From an uncultured Spirochaetota bacterium (lineage in GTDB: Bacteria; Spirochaetota; Spirochaetia; SZUA-6; Fen-1364), in contig CAWGAA010000001.1 in NCBI GenBank assembly GCA_963820525.1, positions 416,001 to 480,000 of the forward strand: a stretch of DNA of 64,000 nucleotides. Reading direction: 5' to 3'. The notes below the pieces were generated by a model. That model was given only the letters and a program-made list of their open reading frames with translations, was not told the origin of the DNA and searched no databases. Of the stretch, positions 9,983 to 18,595 are shown piece by piece. Position 1 is the stretch's first letter. Each line of letters starts with the position of its first letter. The position numbers were made by a program, and so were the translations under genes.

Positions 9983-10573
9983 TCACCCCACGAGGTTTCG
10001 CACGAAAGCTTCGTCAAAGGCGAGGAATGCCATCGCGACGAGCCCCGTTGAAATGAGCAGGATCGGCGCTCCGCGCAGGGCCCTCGGAATCTTCTCCTGA
10101 TCGAGCCTCTCGGCAATCGCCGAGATCAGGACGTACGCCGAAAGAAAACCAAGACCGGCCGCGAATCCCGCGGTGAGGCTTTCCAGCGGGCCGAACGCAT
10201 CCCGCGCGGCGATCAAGGCGATCCCCAGCACGGCGCAGTTCACGCCCATCGAAGAGGGGGAGAAGCCCATGCTCCGAAGGGAGTCCGGCGCCGCTTTTCG
10301 AAGCAGGAGCTCGGCAAGCTCGGCGATGAGGAATACCGCGACGATAAAAGCCGGCGTCTGAAGGTATTCGAGGTGAGCGGGTGAAAGGACGAGCTGCCGG
10401 ATGCTCAACGTCGAAAGGGCCGCCGCGGTCATGAGGAATACGGAGGCGATCCCGAGGGCGACGGCCCCCGAAATCCGCCGCTCGCCGCCTATGCAGGGGC
10501 AGACGCCGAGAAGCTGGGAAAGGACGATGTTGTTCACCAGCGCAAAGGTGAGGACGATCCCGAAGGTGCTCAC
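9983..10573 (-). CDS. rnfA: Rnf/Rsx complex subunit A
   Basis: GTG start 10573; LVNNIVLSQLLGVCP and VNCAVLG motifs. Confidence 0.85.
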   Translation of the reverse strand: MSTFGIVLTFALVNNIVLSQLLGVCPCIGGERRISGAVALGIASVFLMTAAALSTLSIRQLVLSPAHLEYLQTPAFIVAVFLIAELAELLLRKAAPDSLRSMGFSPSSMGVNCAVLGIALIAARDAFGPLESLTAGFAAGLGFLSAYVLISAIAERLDQEKIPRALRGAPILLISTGLVAMAFLAFDEAFVRNLVG

Positions 10574-11217
10574 TGCTTCTCCCCCTTGCGTCCCTCGGTG
10601 AGCATCCTCTTCGCCGCAATGAGGTACCCCAAGAGCAGGAGCCCTCCCGCGGGAAGCGCAAGGATGCGTACTGAGGTGTCCTTCAAACCGCCAAGCTCGA
10701 TCCTGCCGGAGAAGGCGCCAAAGGGCGGCAGGCTGATGGCTCCCGAGCCGATCGCCTCCCGCAGGACAGCGATGAGCAGGATGCCGGTCGCAAAACCGAT
10801 GCCCAATCCAGCGGTGTCCGCGAGGGCTTTGGCGGTTCTGGCGTTCCACGAGAACACGGCCGTCCGGCCCAGGATCAGGCAGTTGACAGCGATGACGGGA
10901 AGGTAGATGCCGAGCCTGCCCCGTGTCTCCGGCAGCCATGCGCTCAGGAGGAGGTCCAGCGCCCCCACCAGGGCGGCTACAAGGACAAGTGAAATGAAGG
11001 CGCGGGCCCTCGGAGGAGACTGGGGAGCCGGCAGGAGGATGCGAAAGGGCTGTGTGAGCAATGCCGTCGCTATCAGCACGCAAAAAACCCCAAGAGAAAG
11101 GACCAGGGCGTCGAAGACACGGGTTGAAACCGCGATCGCCGGGCACAATCCCAAAAGCAGCGAGAAGAGAGGGTTCTCTCTGACGATTCCCGCCGAGATT
11201 TCGCTCCTCCGGCTCAT
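10570..11217 (-). CDS. rnfE: Rnf/Rsx complex subunit E
   Basis: ENPLFSLLLGLCPAIAV and YLPVIAVNCLILGR motifs; ATG 11217. Confidence 0.85.
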   Translation of the reverse strand: MSRRSEISAGIVRENPLFSLLLGLCPAIAVSTRVFDALVLSLGVFCVLIATALLTQPFRILLPAPQSPPRARAFISLVLVAALVGALDLLLSAWLPETRGRLGIYLPVIAVNCLILGRTAVFSWNARTAKALADTAGLGIGFATGILLIAVLREAIGSGAISLPPFGAFSGRIELGGLKDTSVRILALPAGGLLLLGYLIAAKRMLTEGRKGEKQ

Positions 11218-12314
11218 GCACCGCCTCCCGCGGCACGGATGGCCGCGCCCGGCCGGAAAAGCGAATCGAGGAGCGGAACCCCGCAGTTCATCACGATGAT
11301 GGCAAGCGATACCCCTTCCGCGAGGGATCCGTAGAACCTGAGGAGAAACGTGAGCGCACCCAGGCATGCCGCGTACGTCATACGCGCGCGAAAGCTGAGG
11401 GGCGATGTCACCGGGTCAGAGGCCATGAAAAAGGCGCCCAGGATGATACCTCCCGCAAGGAGGTGAAACAGGATGTCCCCGGAAAAGAGTCCCTGGCCGG
11501 AGCTTATGCCGCCAAGCGTCCACGTGAGGGCAACGAACGTGATGAGGTAGGCGGCTGGAATCTCCCATCGGATCACCCTCCGCGCGAGCAGGAAAACGGC
11601 TCCCGCCAGAAGGAGCAGAGGAGAGATTTCTCCGATGGGGCCTGCAACGTTTCCCAGCAGAAGGTCCACGCAGCCTCGAGGAGCGCTGATGCCGAAGGGA
11701 CCGAGGAGGTGCGCATTCAGCCATTCCACCACGGAAGAATCAATCGAGCTGAACGGATACCCTTGAGCGCGAAGGATCTCGAAGGGGTCTCCCCGAGGAC
11801 CTGATGGGTCTGCGAGAGCGGCGAGGACCGAGGCGAGAGGAGTGGATGCGCCGGCGTGGGCGACGGGGAACAGGCCCGGGGCCGCAAATCTTCCCATGGC
11901 CTGCCGCCATGAAAAAAGAACGAATACGCGGCCGGCGATGGCGGGGTTCATCCAGTTTTTCCCCAGCCCGCCGAAGCTCTCCTTGACGACGAGGATGGCG
12001 AAAACCGACGCTGCTGCGGGAACGAAAAGGGGCACGCCGGGAGGCATGAGGCAGCCAACCAGGAGGCCCGTGAGAAACGCGCTCCCATCCAGCAGCGTGA
12101 ACCGCCGGGCAAGGAGCCCCGTCAGGAGCTCTGAGATCAAAGCCGAGCCGACCGAAACTGCCATGACGGCAAAAGCGGAAGGGCCGAAGACGAACACGCC
12201 CCATGCCCCGGCGGGAAGAAGGCTTGCGGCAACGCTCCAGATCATCCCGGTGGTGGTCTGACTGCCCGAGATGTGCGGAGAACGGACGGCTGCCGGAGGT
12301 CGAGTTTCTTTCAC
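11214..12314 (-). CDS. rnfD: Rnf/Rsx complex subunit D
   Basis: GTG 12314; SPHI, FGGLGKNWMNPA, ASTPL (putative FMN-Thr), GPIGEIS, FMASDPVTSP. Confidence 0.9.
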   Translation of the reverse strand: MKETRPPAAVRSPHISGSQTTTGMIWSVAASLLPAGAWGVFVFGPSAFAVMAVSVGSALISELLTGLLARRFTLLDGSAFLTGLLVGCLMPPGVPLFVPAAASVFAILVVKESFGGLGKNWMNPAIAGRVFVLFSWRQAMGRFAAPGLFPVAHAGASTPLASVLAALADPSGPRGDPFEILRAQGYPFSSIDSSVVEWLNAHLLGPFGISAPRGCVDLLLGNVAGPIGEISPLLLLAGAVFLLARRVIRWEIPAAYLITFVALTWTLGGISSGQGLFSGDILFHLLAGGIILGAFFMASDPVTSPLSFRARMTYAACLGALTFLLRFYGSLAEGVSLAIIVMNCGVPLLDSLFRPGAAIRAAGGGA

Positions 12315-12319
12315 GGCCG

Positions 12320-13603
12320 TTATACCCGCGCCGCCATGAACTTGCCGCGCCGCAGCCCTTCCACGAGGGGCATTGCCGACGGGCAGGCGTAAGCGCAGCA
12401 GCCGCACTCGGTGCATGCGAGGAGCCCTTCTCGGGCGGCTCCACGGCAGTCTCCGCGCTCCACGAGACCATACAACCGTGTGGGGGCCAGGCCCCAGGGA
12501 CACGCGTCGATGCATGCGCCGCAGCGGATGCACGGCAGGGTCCTGCGATGGGCGTCCCGCCCCGCGAAAGCGAGGACCGCTCCCACATCCTTGGTGATGG
12601 GCACGGCAAAGGAGCTCTGGGCGCGGCCGGTCATCGGCCCGCCCAGCACGATCGAGGCATATCCCTGGATGAGCCCACCGCACTCGTCGAACAGCTCTCC
12701 CGCCGGCGTTCCGAGCCTGACCTTGAGGTTGCGGGGGCGGACCACAGCGGGCCCGGCCACGGTGACGATTCTCTCGATGAGCGGCTTATCGAGCGCCACG
12801 GCCTCCCAGATCGCGTGGATTGTGGCCACGTTGAGAACGAACGCGCCCGGTGCCTGAAGGACGGCGGCGAGCCTCGACTCCTCACCCTGCGGGTATCTGG
12901 CAGCCAGGACCTCGACGCTGTATTCGCCGCCCAGATCCCGGAAGATGCGCTCGAAGATCGGCGCCGCGTCCTGGGAATCCTCTGAAACCGCCAGCACCGC
13001 GCGTTTGGCGGCGAGAATCCTCTGGACGATCCTCATCCCCTCGGCGACTTCCCGGGATTTTTCAAGCATGAGCCGGTGATCCGCGCTCAGGAAAGGCTCG
13101 CTTTCAACTCCGTCCGCGATAAAGGCTGAAACGCCCTTCCCCTGTGCCGAGGCGAGCTTCGCGTGGGAGGGCAGCCTGCTTCCGCCGAGCCCCACGACCC
13201 CCGCCGCCTTGATCCGCTGGATCAGCTCCGGCACCGACAGGCCTTCCCAGACGATGGGGCTTCGGCTCCGGCCGGACCTGTCGAACTCCCCTTCCAACTC
13301 GATGAACGCCGCCGTCGAGCTTTCACCGCTTGCCACGGAAACGGTTCCGACATCGGCCACCCTGCCGGGGATGGAGGCATGGACGTTCGCAGAGGACTCG
13401 CCTTTCGCCCTTCCTATCAGCATGCCTTCGCGGACCGCCTCACCGGGCTTCACGATGCAGTCAGCGGGTTCACCCGCGTGCTGGCGCATCGGGATCACGG
13501 CGAGCGAGGGAATCGGGGCATTGGAAATCGGCTGGAGGCGCGTTTCTTCCTTGAAGGAGGGCGGCTTCACGCCTCCCCTGGCGAAGGTCTTCAAGCGGGT
13601 CAT
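12320..13603 (-). CDS. rnfC: Rnf/Rsx complex subunit C
   Basis: GVVGLGG, ESEPFLSAD and two 4Fe-4S motifs CIRCGACIDACP and CTECGCCAYACP. Confidence 0.9.
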   Translation of the reverse strand: MTRLKTFARGGVKPPSFKEETRLQPISNAPIPSLAVIPMRQHAGEPADCIVKPGEAVREGMLIGRAKGESSANVHASIPGRVADVGTVSVASGESSTAAFIELEGEFDRSGRSRSPIVWEGLSVPELIQRIKAAGVVGLGGSRLPSHAKLASAQGKGVSAFIADGVESEPFLSADHRLMLEKSREVAEGMRIVQRILAAKRAVLAVSEDSQDAAPIFERIFRDLGGEYSVEVLAARYPQGEESRLAAVLQAPGAFVLNVATIHAIWEAVALDKPLIERIVTVAGPAVVRPRNLKVRLGTPAGELFDECGGLIQGYASIVLGGPMTGRAQSSFAVPITKDVGAVLAFAGRDAHRRTLPCIRCGACIDACPWGLAPTRLYGLVERGDCRGAAREGLLACTECGCCAYACPSAMPLVEGLRRGKFMAARV

Positions 13604-15294
13604 GCGTGACGATTAAAACGCCAAAGCTTGTTCGAGATCAAGGGGCCGAACCGTGAGCCGGCGAGCAGCACGGCGGCGAGGGCAAGGAGGCAGACGATCG
13701 GGAAAGGCAGCTCGCGAAGCGCGAGAAGCGCCGGACCTCGGATGCTCACGGAAGGAGGGGCGCCCTGATCGAGCAGCATCCGTTCGACGCTGCCCGGGCG
13801 CATCCGCAGGGCGACGCCGGCCAGCCAGGCCGAATCGAACGCCTTCACGGTCCGCTGGATCGCGATGATGCGCCTGCTGTCCGCGTTCCAGATGTACTCG
13901 GTGATCCTCACCCGCTCGTCCCGCGCGGGCAGCCGGTAGCTCCTGCCGAAGGAGAGGCCCTCCTGGTATGCCGCGTGAGCAACGGCATCGGAGAGATCCG
14001 GCGGTCCCGATCGAGGTCTCGCGAGCCGTTCTTCGATGTAGTCCCATGAAAGCCCGCGCGCAGCCGGGATCGCCGCCGGGGCCGGAAGCGCCGCGCCTCG
14101 AAGCATCGAAAGAACTGTCAGGAGCACGGTCGCCGCTGCGGCGAGCGCGAGAAGCTGATAACGAAACGCCAGGGGCTTGCTCTCACGGCGGACGATTGCA
14201 ACGGGCTCGAAGGGGGTGCGTTTCCGCCTGCCGCCCTTGCGCATTGCGGCGAGGGGAAACGGTACGAGGAGAATCAGCAGGGAGGACATGAATGGCGAAA
14301 GCATCGAAAGAGGGATCATCGGGGAGGCGCCGCGAGCCACGCCGCTCAGAATCAAAAGAAGAACGGACGGAAAGAGGAATTCGAAAAGCCTTTCAATCAA
14401 CTCCCCCAAGGCCGAATCCTTCCACCTGCGATCCCGCACATGGAGTATCGTCTCTCGGGCATAGAGACCGCTCTCTTTCAGAAGATGGAGCCAGGGCACC
14501 GAAAGCAGGAAGAACAGGCACAGTCCCGCAGTCCCGCTCTCCACGACAGCGGGAAGCCACACTGCGGCATGGAGGAACAGCAGGGCGTGAAGGCCCCTGC
14601 TCCTCCTGCCCAGGGAGAAGGAGAGAAGAAGTGAGAAAGCCAGGGCGCTCGCCGTCATGATGCCGACCTGCGCGGGATCGAACTCCAAGAGCCTCCAGGA
14701 AGAGAACGGCAGGCCGAGCAGGAAAACGAGCCTCGCGAACAGAGCCCCCGGATTCCTGTACGAGGGTATGTAGGCGATCTCCCACTGTCCGGCGGGATCC
14801 GCAGAAGAGAAGTAGCTTCCGATCCCCATGAGGAAAGGATCGAAGCGCGGGTCTTTGGCGTCGAGCCTGGCTGCGAGCTCCTCCATGCTGCAGCTCGTCA
14901 TGCCTTCGAAGTCATTGAAGGAGACGCTCGCCGTGAAGCGGGACACGGCCGGACGCCCGGCGCCAAGGCTGGGTGACAAGAGCGAGAGCCTCCCCTGCGC
15001 CGCCGAGCCCTTTCTGACCAGGAGCGTGTCGTATCCCCTCCAAACCGTGGTGAGCTTGGGGATGAGCGGGAGGAAATGCCGGGCGACGAGCGACGCCGCG
15101 ATGGCCGCGAGCAGCATGGGCAGAAGCGCCGGGTCCCGCAGAATAGAGGCGTTCCGGGGCGCTTTGCGCATTCGAGCCGCCGTCGTGGAGGCGTTCCGGG
15201 GCGCTTCGCGCAATCGAGCCGCCGTCGTGGAGGCGTTCAGGGGCGCTTCGCGCAATCGAGCCGCCGTCGTGGGGGTGCGTCTCATCCGCTTCAC
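13600..15294 (-). CDS. Multi-pass membrane hypothetical protein with an N-terminal 14-aa tandem repeat; start may be ATG 15285
   Basis: Several hydrophobic segments; ATGA overlap with rnfC. Confidence 0.6.
   Translation of the reverse strand: MKRMRRTPTTAARLREAPLNASTTAARLREAPRNASTTAARMRKAPRNASILRDPALLPMLLAAIAASLVARHFLPLIPKLTTVWRGYDTLLVRKGSAAQGRLSLLSPSLGAGRPAVSRFTASVSFNDFEGMTSCSMEELAARLDAKDPRFDPFLMGIGSYFSSADPAGQWEIAYIPSYRNPGALFARLVFLLGLPFSSWRLLEFDPAQVGIMTASALAFSLLLSFSLGRRSRGLHALLFLHAAVWLPAVVESGTAGLCLFFLLSVPWLHLLKESGLYARETILHVRDRRWKDSALGELIERLFEFLFPSVLLLILSGVARGASPMIPLSMLSPFMSSLLILLVPFPLAAMRKGGRRKRTPFEPVAIVRRESKPLAFRYQLLALAAAATVLLTVLSMLRGAALPAPAAIPAARGLSWDYIEERLARPRSGPPDLSDAVAHAAYQEGLSFGRSYRLPARDERVRITEYIWNADSRRIIAIQRTVKAFDSAWLAGVALRMRPGSVERMLLDQGAPPSVSIRGPALLALRELPFPIVCLLALAAVLLAGSRFGPLISNKLWRFNRHA
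15146..15271. repeat. Three tandem 42-bp repeats, in frame in the membrane protein gene
   Basis: Units 15146-15187, 15188-15229, 15230-15271; consensus GAGGCGTTCCGGGGCGCTTCGCGCAATCGAGCCGCCGTCGTG. Confidence 0.95.
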
Positions 15295-15300
15295 GGTGTT

Positions 15301-15783
15301 TCAGAGAGTGCAGAATGCGACGGCTATGAAAAACCCCAGAATGGCCCCGACGAAAACCTCGGAAACGGTATGGCCGTGGATCTCCTTCACGGTCTTGATG
15401 CGAATGGTGGAGTGCTTGGCCAGGTACTTGATGATCTGATTGATGGCGCGAGCCTGATGGCCCGCGGCGCGCCGCACGCCGAAGGCGTCGCGAAAGGTGA
15501 GAAGCGCGTAGAAAAGCGTCACGAAAAAGAGCGGCGAGTCGGCTCCTTCCACGAATCCGATGGACGTCGCCAGCGAGGCGACCAGGGCGGAGTGGCTGCT
15601 GGGCATGCCTCCCGTTGCCCAGAAGATGTTCAGCAATATCTCCTTTGCAGTATGCGGGCGGTTTCTGAGCAGGGCGATGCACGACTTGAGCAGCTGGGCA
15701 ATGAACCAGCTGGAGAAGGCGGACAGGAAGATGGGATTCCCGAGGACTCGCGTCGCAATATCGACGGCGCCTTGCGGTATCAT
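15301..15783 (-). CDS. Divergent PAP2 family protein (DUF212, acid phosphatase/haloperoxidase-related)
   Basis: TGGMPSSHSA, DAFGVRRAAG and GHTVSEV motifs. Confidence 0.9.
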   Translation of the reverse strand: MIPQGAVDIATRVLGNPIFLSAFSSWFIAQLLKSCIALLRNRPHTAKEILLNIFWATGGMPSSHSALVASLATSIGFVEGADSPLFFVTLFYALLTFRDAFGVRRAAGHQARAINQIIKYLAKHSTIRIKTVKEIHGHTVSEVFVGAILGFFIAVAFCTL

Positions 15784-15791
15784 CGGGGTTG

Positions 15792-15820
15792 AGTTTTCCG
15801 CGGAGCGCGAGCATTGTCAA
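15792..15820 (-). promoter_or_regulatory. Putative sigma70 promoter of the DUF212-rnf operon
   Basis: TTGACA-17-AAAACT (imperfect -10)-8 nt-ATG. Confidence 0.5.
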
Positions 15821-15924
15821 GGCCACGTGTGCGCCGAAGGCGCACGCTGATGGGGCCCCGGGGCTCTCGCTGTGTGCCCGGCGGCGTCGGCGCGAAGCGC
15901 GACGCCGCCGGGCTGCCGCCCTGG
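15821..15924. repeat. Intergenic modular hairpin repeat, copy 2
   Basis: GTGTGCGCC-GAA-GGCGCACGC followed by GGGC-TCTC-[GCCCGGCGGCGTCG..GCGAAGC..CGACGCCGCCGGGC]-TGCC-GCCC. Confidence 0.75.
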
Positions 15925-15970
15925 TGATAGCGCCGGCGCCTTCGCGAATGCCCGCACAAGCACCCATTTC

Positions 15971-15999
15971 TTGACAGGCGAAAGAGATGTCACTACTAT
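15971..15999 (+). promoter_or_regulatory. sigma70 promoter of mla operon 1, near-leaderless
   Basis: TTGACA-17-TACTAT-8 nt-ATG(16008). Confidence 0.7.
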
Positions 16000-16007
16000 C
16001 CGGCTGT

Positions 16008-16790
16008 ATGCCCATCGTGGAAAGCGAAGCAACACGCGAATGGCTGCACGCCGGAAAATCAGCGCTCAGCATGTATGGGAATTTCTTCTTCTGGCTGTTC
16101 CGGGAGCCTTTCCCCAACCGCCAGATCGGACAGCAGATCGTGCGGGTCATGCTCGAGGCCTTCGGCGTTCTCGTGATAACCTCCATCATCGAGGGCATGC
16201 TTTTCGCCTGGCTCGGCGGTTGGTATGCCGTCAAGTTCAGCTTCCTCGCCTGGTCGGGCGCCGCCATCGTGTACCTCCTGCTCTCGGAGAGCACGACGAT
16301 GATCGGGGCGATGATCTTCGCGGCGCGGATCGGCACCGCCTTCACCGTGGAAATCGGCTCGATGCAGATGAGCGGACAGCTGGATGCCCTGCGGTTGATG
16401 GCGGTGGAGCCGGTCCAATACATCGTCGTGCCGCGGGTCCTCGCCTCGATTCTCTGCCTGGTCGTCCTGAAGGCGCTGAGCGACGGGGTGGCGATCGTTT
16501 CATCGATGTTTCTGGCCCAGTGGTGGTTCGGCATCTCCTACCCCATCTTCCTCCAGCACGTCTTCGAGATCCTCCGGCACCCCATCCTCACCACGTCATA
16601 CGTCCGCTGCGCCATCCTTGCCTTCTTTATCGCGGTGAACGGCTGCGGACTGGGGTTCTATTTCAACGGCGGAGCCGTGGAGCTGGGCAAGACCACCACC
16701 AAGTCCATCGTCATCAACCTGCTCGTCGTCATCAGCGTGGACTCGATCTACGGAGTTATCGATTCGCTTACGGGGTGGAGCACCGTATGA
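16008..16790 (+). CDS. mlaE: MlaE family lipid ABC transporter permease
   Basis: AARIGTAFTVEIGSM..QLDALRLMAVEPVQYIVVPR motif. Confidence 0.85.
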   Translation: MPIVESEATREWLHAGKSALSMYGNFFFWLFREPFPNRQIGQQIVRVMLEAFGVLVITSIIEGMLFAWLGGWYAVKFSFLAWSGAAIVYLLLSESTTMIGAMIFAARIGTAFTVEIGSMQMSGQLDALRLMAVEPVQYIVVPRVLASILCLVVLKALSDGVAIVSSMFLAQWWFGISYPIFLQHVFEILRHPILTTSYVRCAILAFFIAVNGCGLGFYFNGGAVELGKTTTKSIVINLLVVISVDSIYGVIDSLTGWSTV

Positions 16791-17536
16791 TACGGGTGCG
16801 GGGCGTCACCTTCGCCTTCCCGAGCCACACCGTGCTGGACGGCCTGAGCGTCGACATCGAGGAAACCCGAACGACGGTGATCGTCGGCAGGAGCGGGATC
16901 GGCAAGTCGGTCCTCCTCAAGTGCATCACGGGGTTGCTTCGGCCGCAGAAAGGCAGCATCACGATCGAGGGGGACGAGGTTGTCGGGGCGGGCCGCCGGG
17001 AGCTCCTCGCCATCAGGCGCAGGATCGGGATGCTCTTCCAGGAAGGGGCTCTCTTCGATTCCATGGACGTCTACGCCAACGTGGCGTTTCCCCTCGTCTA
17101 CCATAAAAGCGCCACGTCCGCAGAGATCGACCGGAGGGTCCACGCGTTCCTCGACCTGGTGGGAATGCGCGAATCTGCGCACGCGCTCCCCCAGGAGCTT
17201 TCCGGCGGCATGAAGAGGAAGGTGGCGGTGGCCAGGGCCATGATCCTCGAGCCGAAGTATCTTCTCTACGACGAGCCGACCTCGGGGCTGGACCCGGAAA
17301 GCTCCGCGATCGTCGAATCGATGATGAAGCGCCTTCAGGAGGAAAGCTCCATCACCTCACTGGTGGTCACCCACGACATCGATCTCACGCGCTACATCGG
17401 TGACCGTGTCGCGCTCCTGGAAGACGGAAGGATCGAGACGGTGAGCTCCCGGGACGAGGCCTTCCGGGAGGGCTCGCCGATTTACGATCATTTCATAGAG
17501 AAACGGGAAAGGATCCGACTGGGAAATGCAGGTTAA
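16787..17536 (+). CDS. mlaF: MlaF/Mkl family ABC ATPase
   Basis: ATG 16787; GRSGIGKS, FQEGALFDS, LSGGMKRKV, LYDEPTSGLDP, VTHD. Confidence 0.9.
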   Translation: MIRVRGVTFAFPSHTVLDGLSVDIEETRTTVIVGRSGIGKSVLLKCITGLLRPQKGSITIEGDEVVGAGRRELLAIRRRIGMLFQEGALFDSMDVYANVAFPLVYHKSATSAEIDRRVHAFLDLVGMRESAHALPQELSGGMKRKVAVARAMILEPKYLLYDEPTSGLDPESSAIVESMMKRLQEESSITSLVVTHDIDLTRYIGDRVALLEDGRIETVSSRDEAFREGSPIYDHFIEKRERIRLGNAG

Positions 17537-18470
17537 AGCCAGCAGAGTCGTGAGGGTTTTCGTCATCACCCTCGTCGCCATAGCGACATCGGTATTTCTC
17601 TACCTCCTCATCAACAACTTCCAGTTCCGGCGCGGCACCACGGTGCGCGTCCATTTCAACACGGTCGGAGACCTGAACCCCGGAGCCTGGGTCCGCAAGG
17701 CGGGCGTCAAGGTGGGTTCCGTAACCAAGGTGGAGCCGGCCCCCGACGAGAAGACGGTCATCGTGAGCCTGACGTTCCGGCCGGGAGAAATCGTGCGAAT
17801 GGGCGACAAGTTCTCCCTGATCTCCAAGGGCATCCTTGGAGACGTGTATATCGAGCAGATCCCGGGGCCCAAGAGCGTCCAGGAGGTCCAGCAGGGGCAC
17901 CTCTTCGAGGGAGAGCCCTTCTTCAGCCTCAACGACCTGCTTGGCGGCAGCGGAATGCAGCTGGTCTCGGACGTGGGCTCCAGCATCAAGGTGATCGGAG
18001 ATATCTTGAGGAAGAACGAGGCCTCACTGAACAGCACCATCCAGGACATCCAGAAAACGGCGGCCAATGCGCGCGTGATCTCCGAGAACGTCGCCGCTGC
18101 GACGAAGAGCCTGCCGGAGCTCTCGGCCCAGGTCGTTTCCACCCTTCAGGAGATGGACACGACGCTTCGCGAGCTTCAAGCGACGACGGACAGGCTGGCC
18201 GCGACGCTGGAAGGAAACCTCTCCTCGGGATCTGAGGACCTGGCGGCCTCTCTGAAATCCATTCGAAAGACTTCAAACGATATCCAGCTCATCGTCGAGC
18301 AGCTCTCGGCGAAGGGCTCCGTGATCGGCACATTGAGCTCGCCCGAGACCTCCCAGCGCGTCGATGAAACGCTGAAGAATCTCCAGGCCATCTCGGCCTC
18401 GCTCTTGAAGACGTCCCAGGAAACCGAAAAAATCGTGGAAGGGGTCCGTTCGGTTCTCGGCTCTCCCTGA
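17526..18470 (+). CDS. mlaD: MCE/MlaD family protein with long helical C-terminus
   Basis: N-terminal TM; GDLNPGAWVRKAGVKVGSV MCE motif; coiled-coil tail. Confidence 0.85.
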   Translation: MQVKASRVVRVFVITLVAIATSVFLYLLINNFQFRRGTTVRVHFNTVGDLNPGAWVRKAGVKVGSVTKVEPAPDEKTVIVSLTFRPGEIVRMGDKFSLISKGILGDVYIEQIPGPKSVQEVQQGHLFEGEPFFSLNDLLGGSGMQLVSDVGSSIKVIGDILRKNEASLNSTIQDIQKTAANARVISENVAAATKSLPELSAQVVSTLQEMDTTLRELQATTDRLAATLEGNLSSGSEDLAASLKSIRKTSNDIQLIVEQLSAKGSVIGTLSSPETSQRVDETLKNLQAISASLLKTSQETEKIVEGVRSVLGSP

Positions 18471-18515
18471 ACAGGCAGCCTGCCCGGGGGCTCCGGCTTT
18501 CGCTCTCTCTGCGCC

Positions 18516-18544
18516 TTGACAAATCGTACGTATACGTATATTTT
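18516..18544 (+). promoter_or_regulatory. sigma70 promoter with a palindromic operator in the spacer
   Basis: TTGACA-17-TATTTT; perfect 12-bp palindrome TACGTATACGTA at 18527-18538. Confidence 0.65.
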
Positions 18545-18595
18545 ACACATAAATTGACCCCGTTCGACCGCTTACAGATAAAGGAGCCCCCCCAC

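Noticed and set aside
15146..15271. CRISPR array, given a Cas2-like gene in the window
   Set aside because: Units are head-to-tail with no unique spacers, are a multiple of 3 and lie in frame in a CDS
15872..17536. Long N-terminal extensions or fusions suggested by the ORF track (mlaF, aroB, cheY, rnfA/D/E, gcvH, nuoG, nuoJ)
   Set aside because: Extensions overlap the upstream gene in another frame; downstream starts with stop/start overlaps fit family lengths
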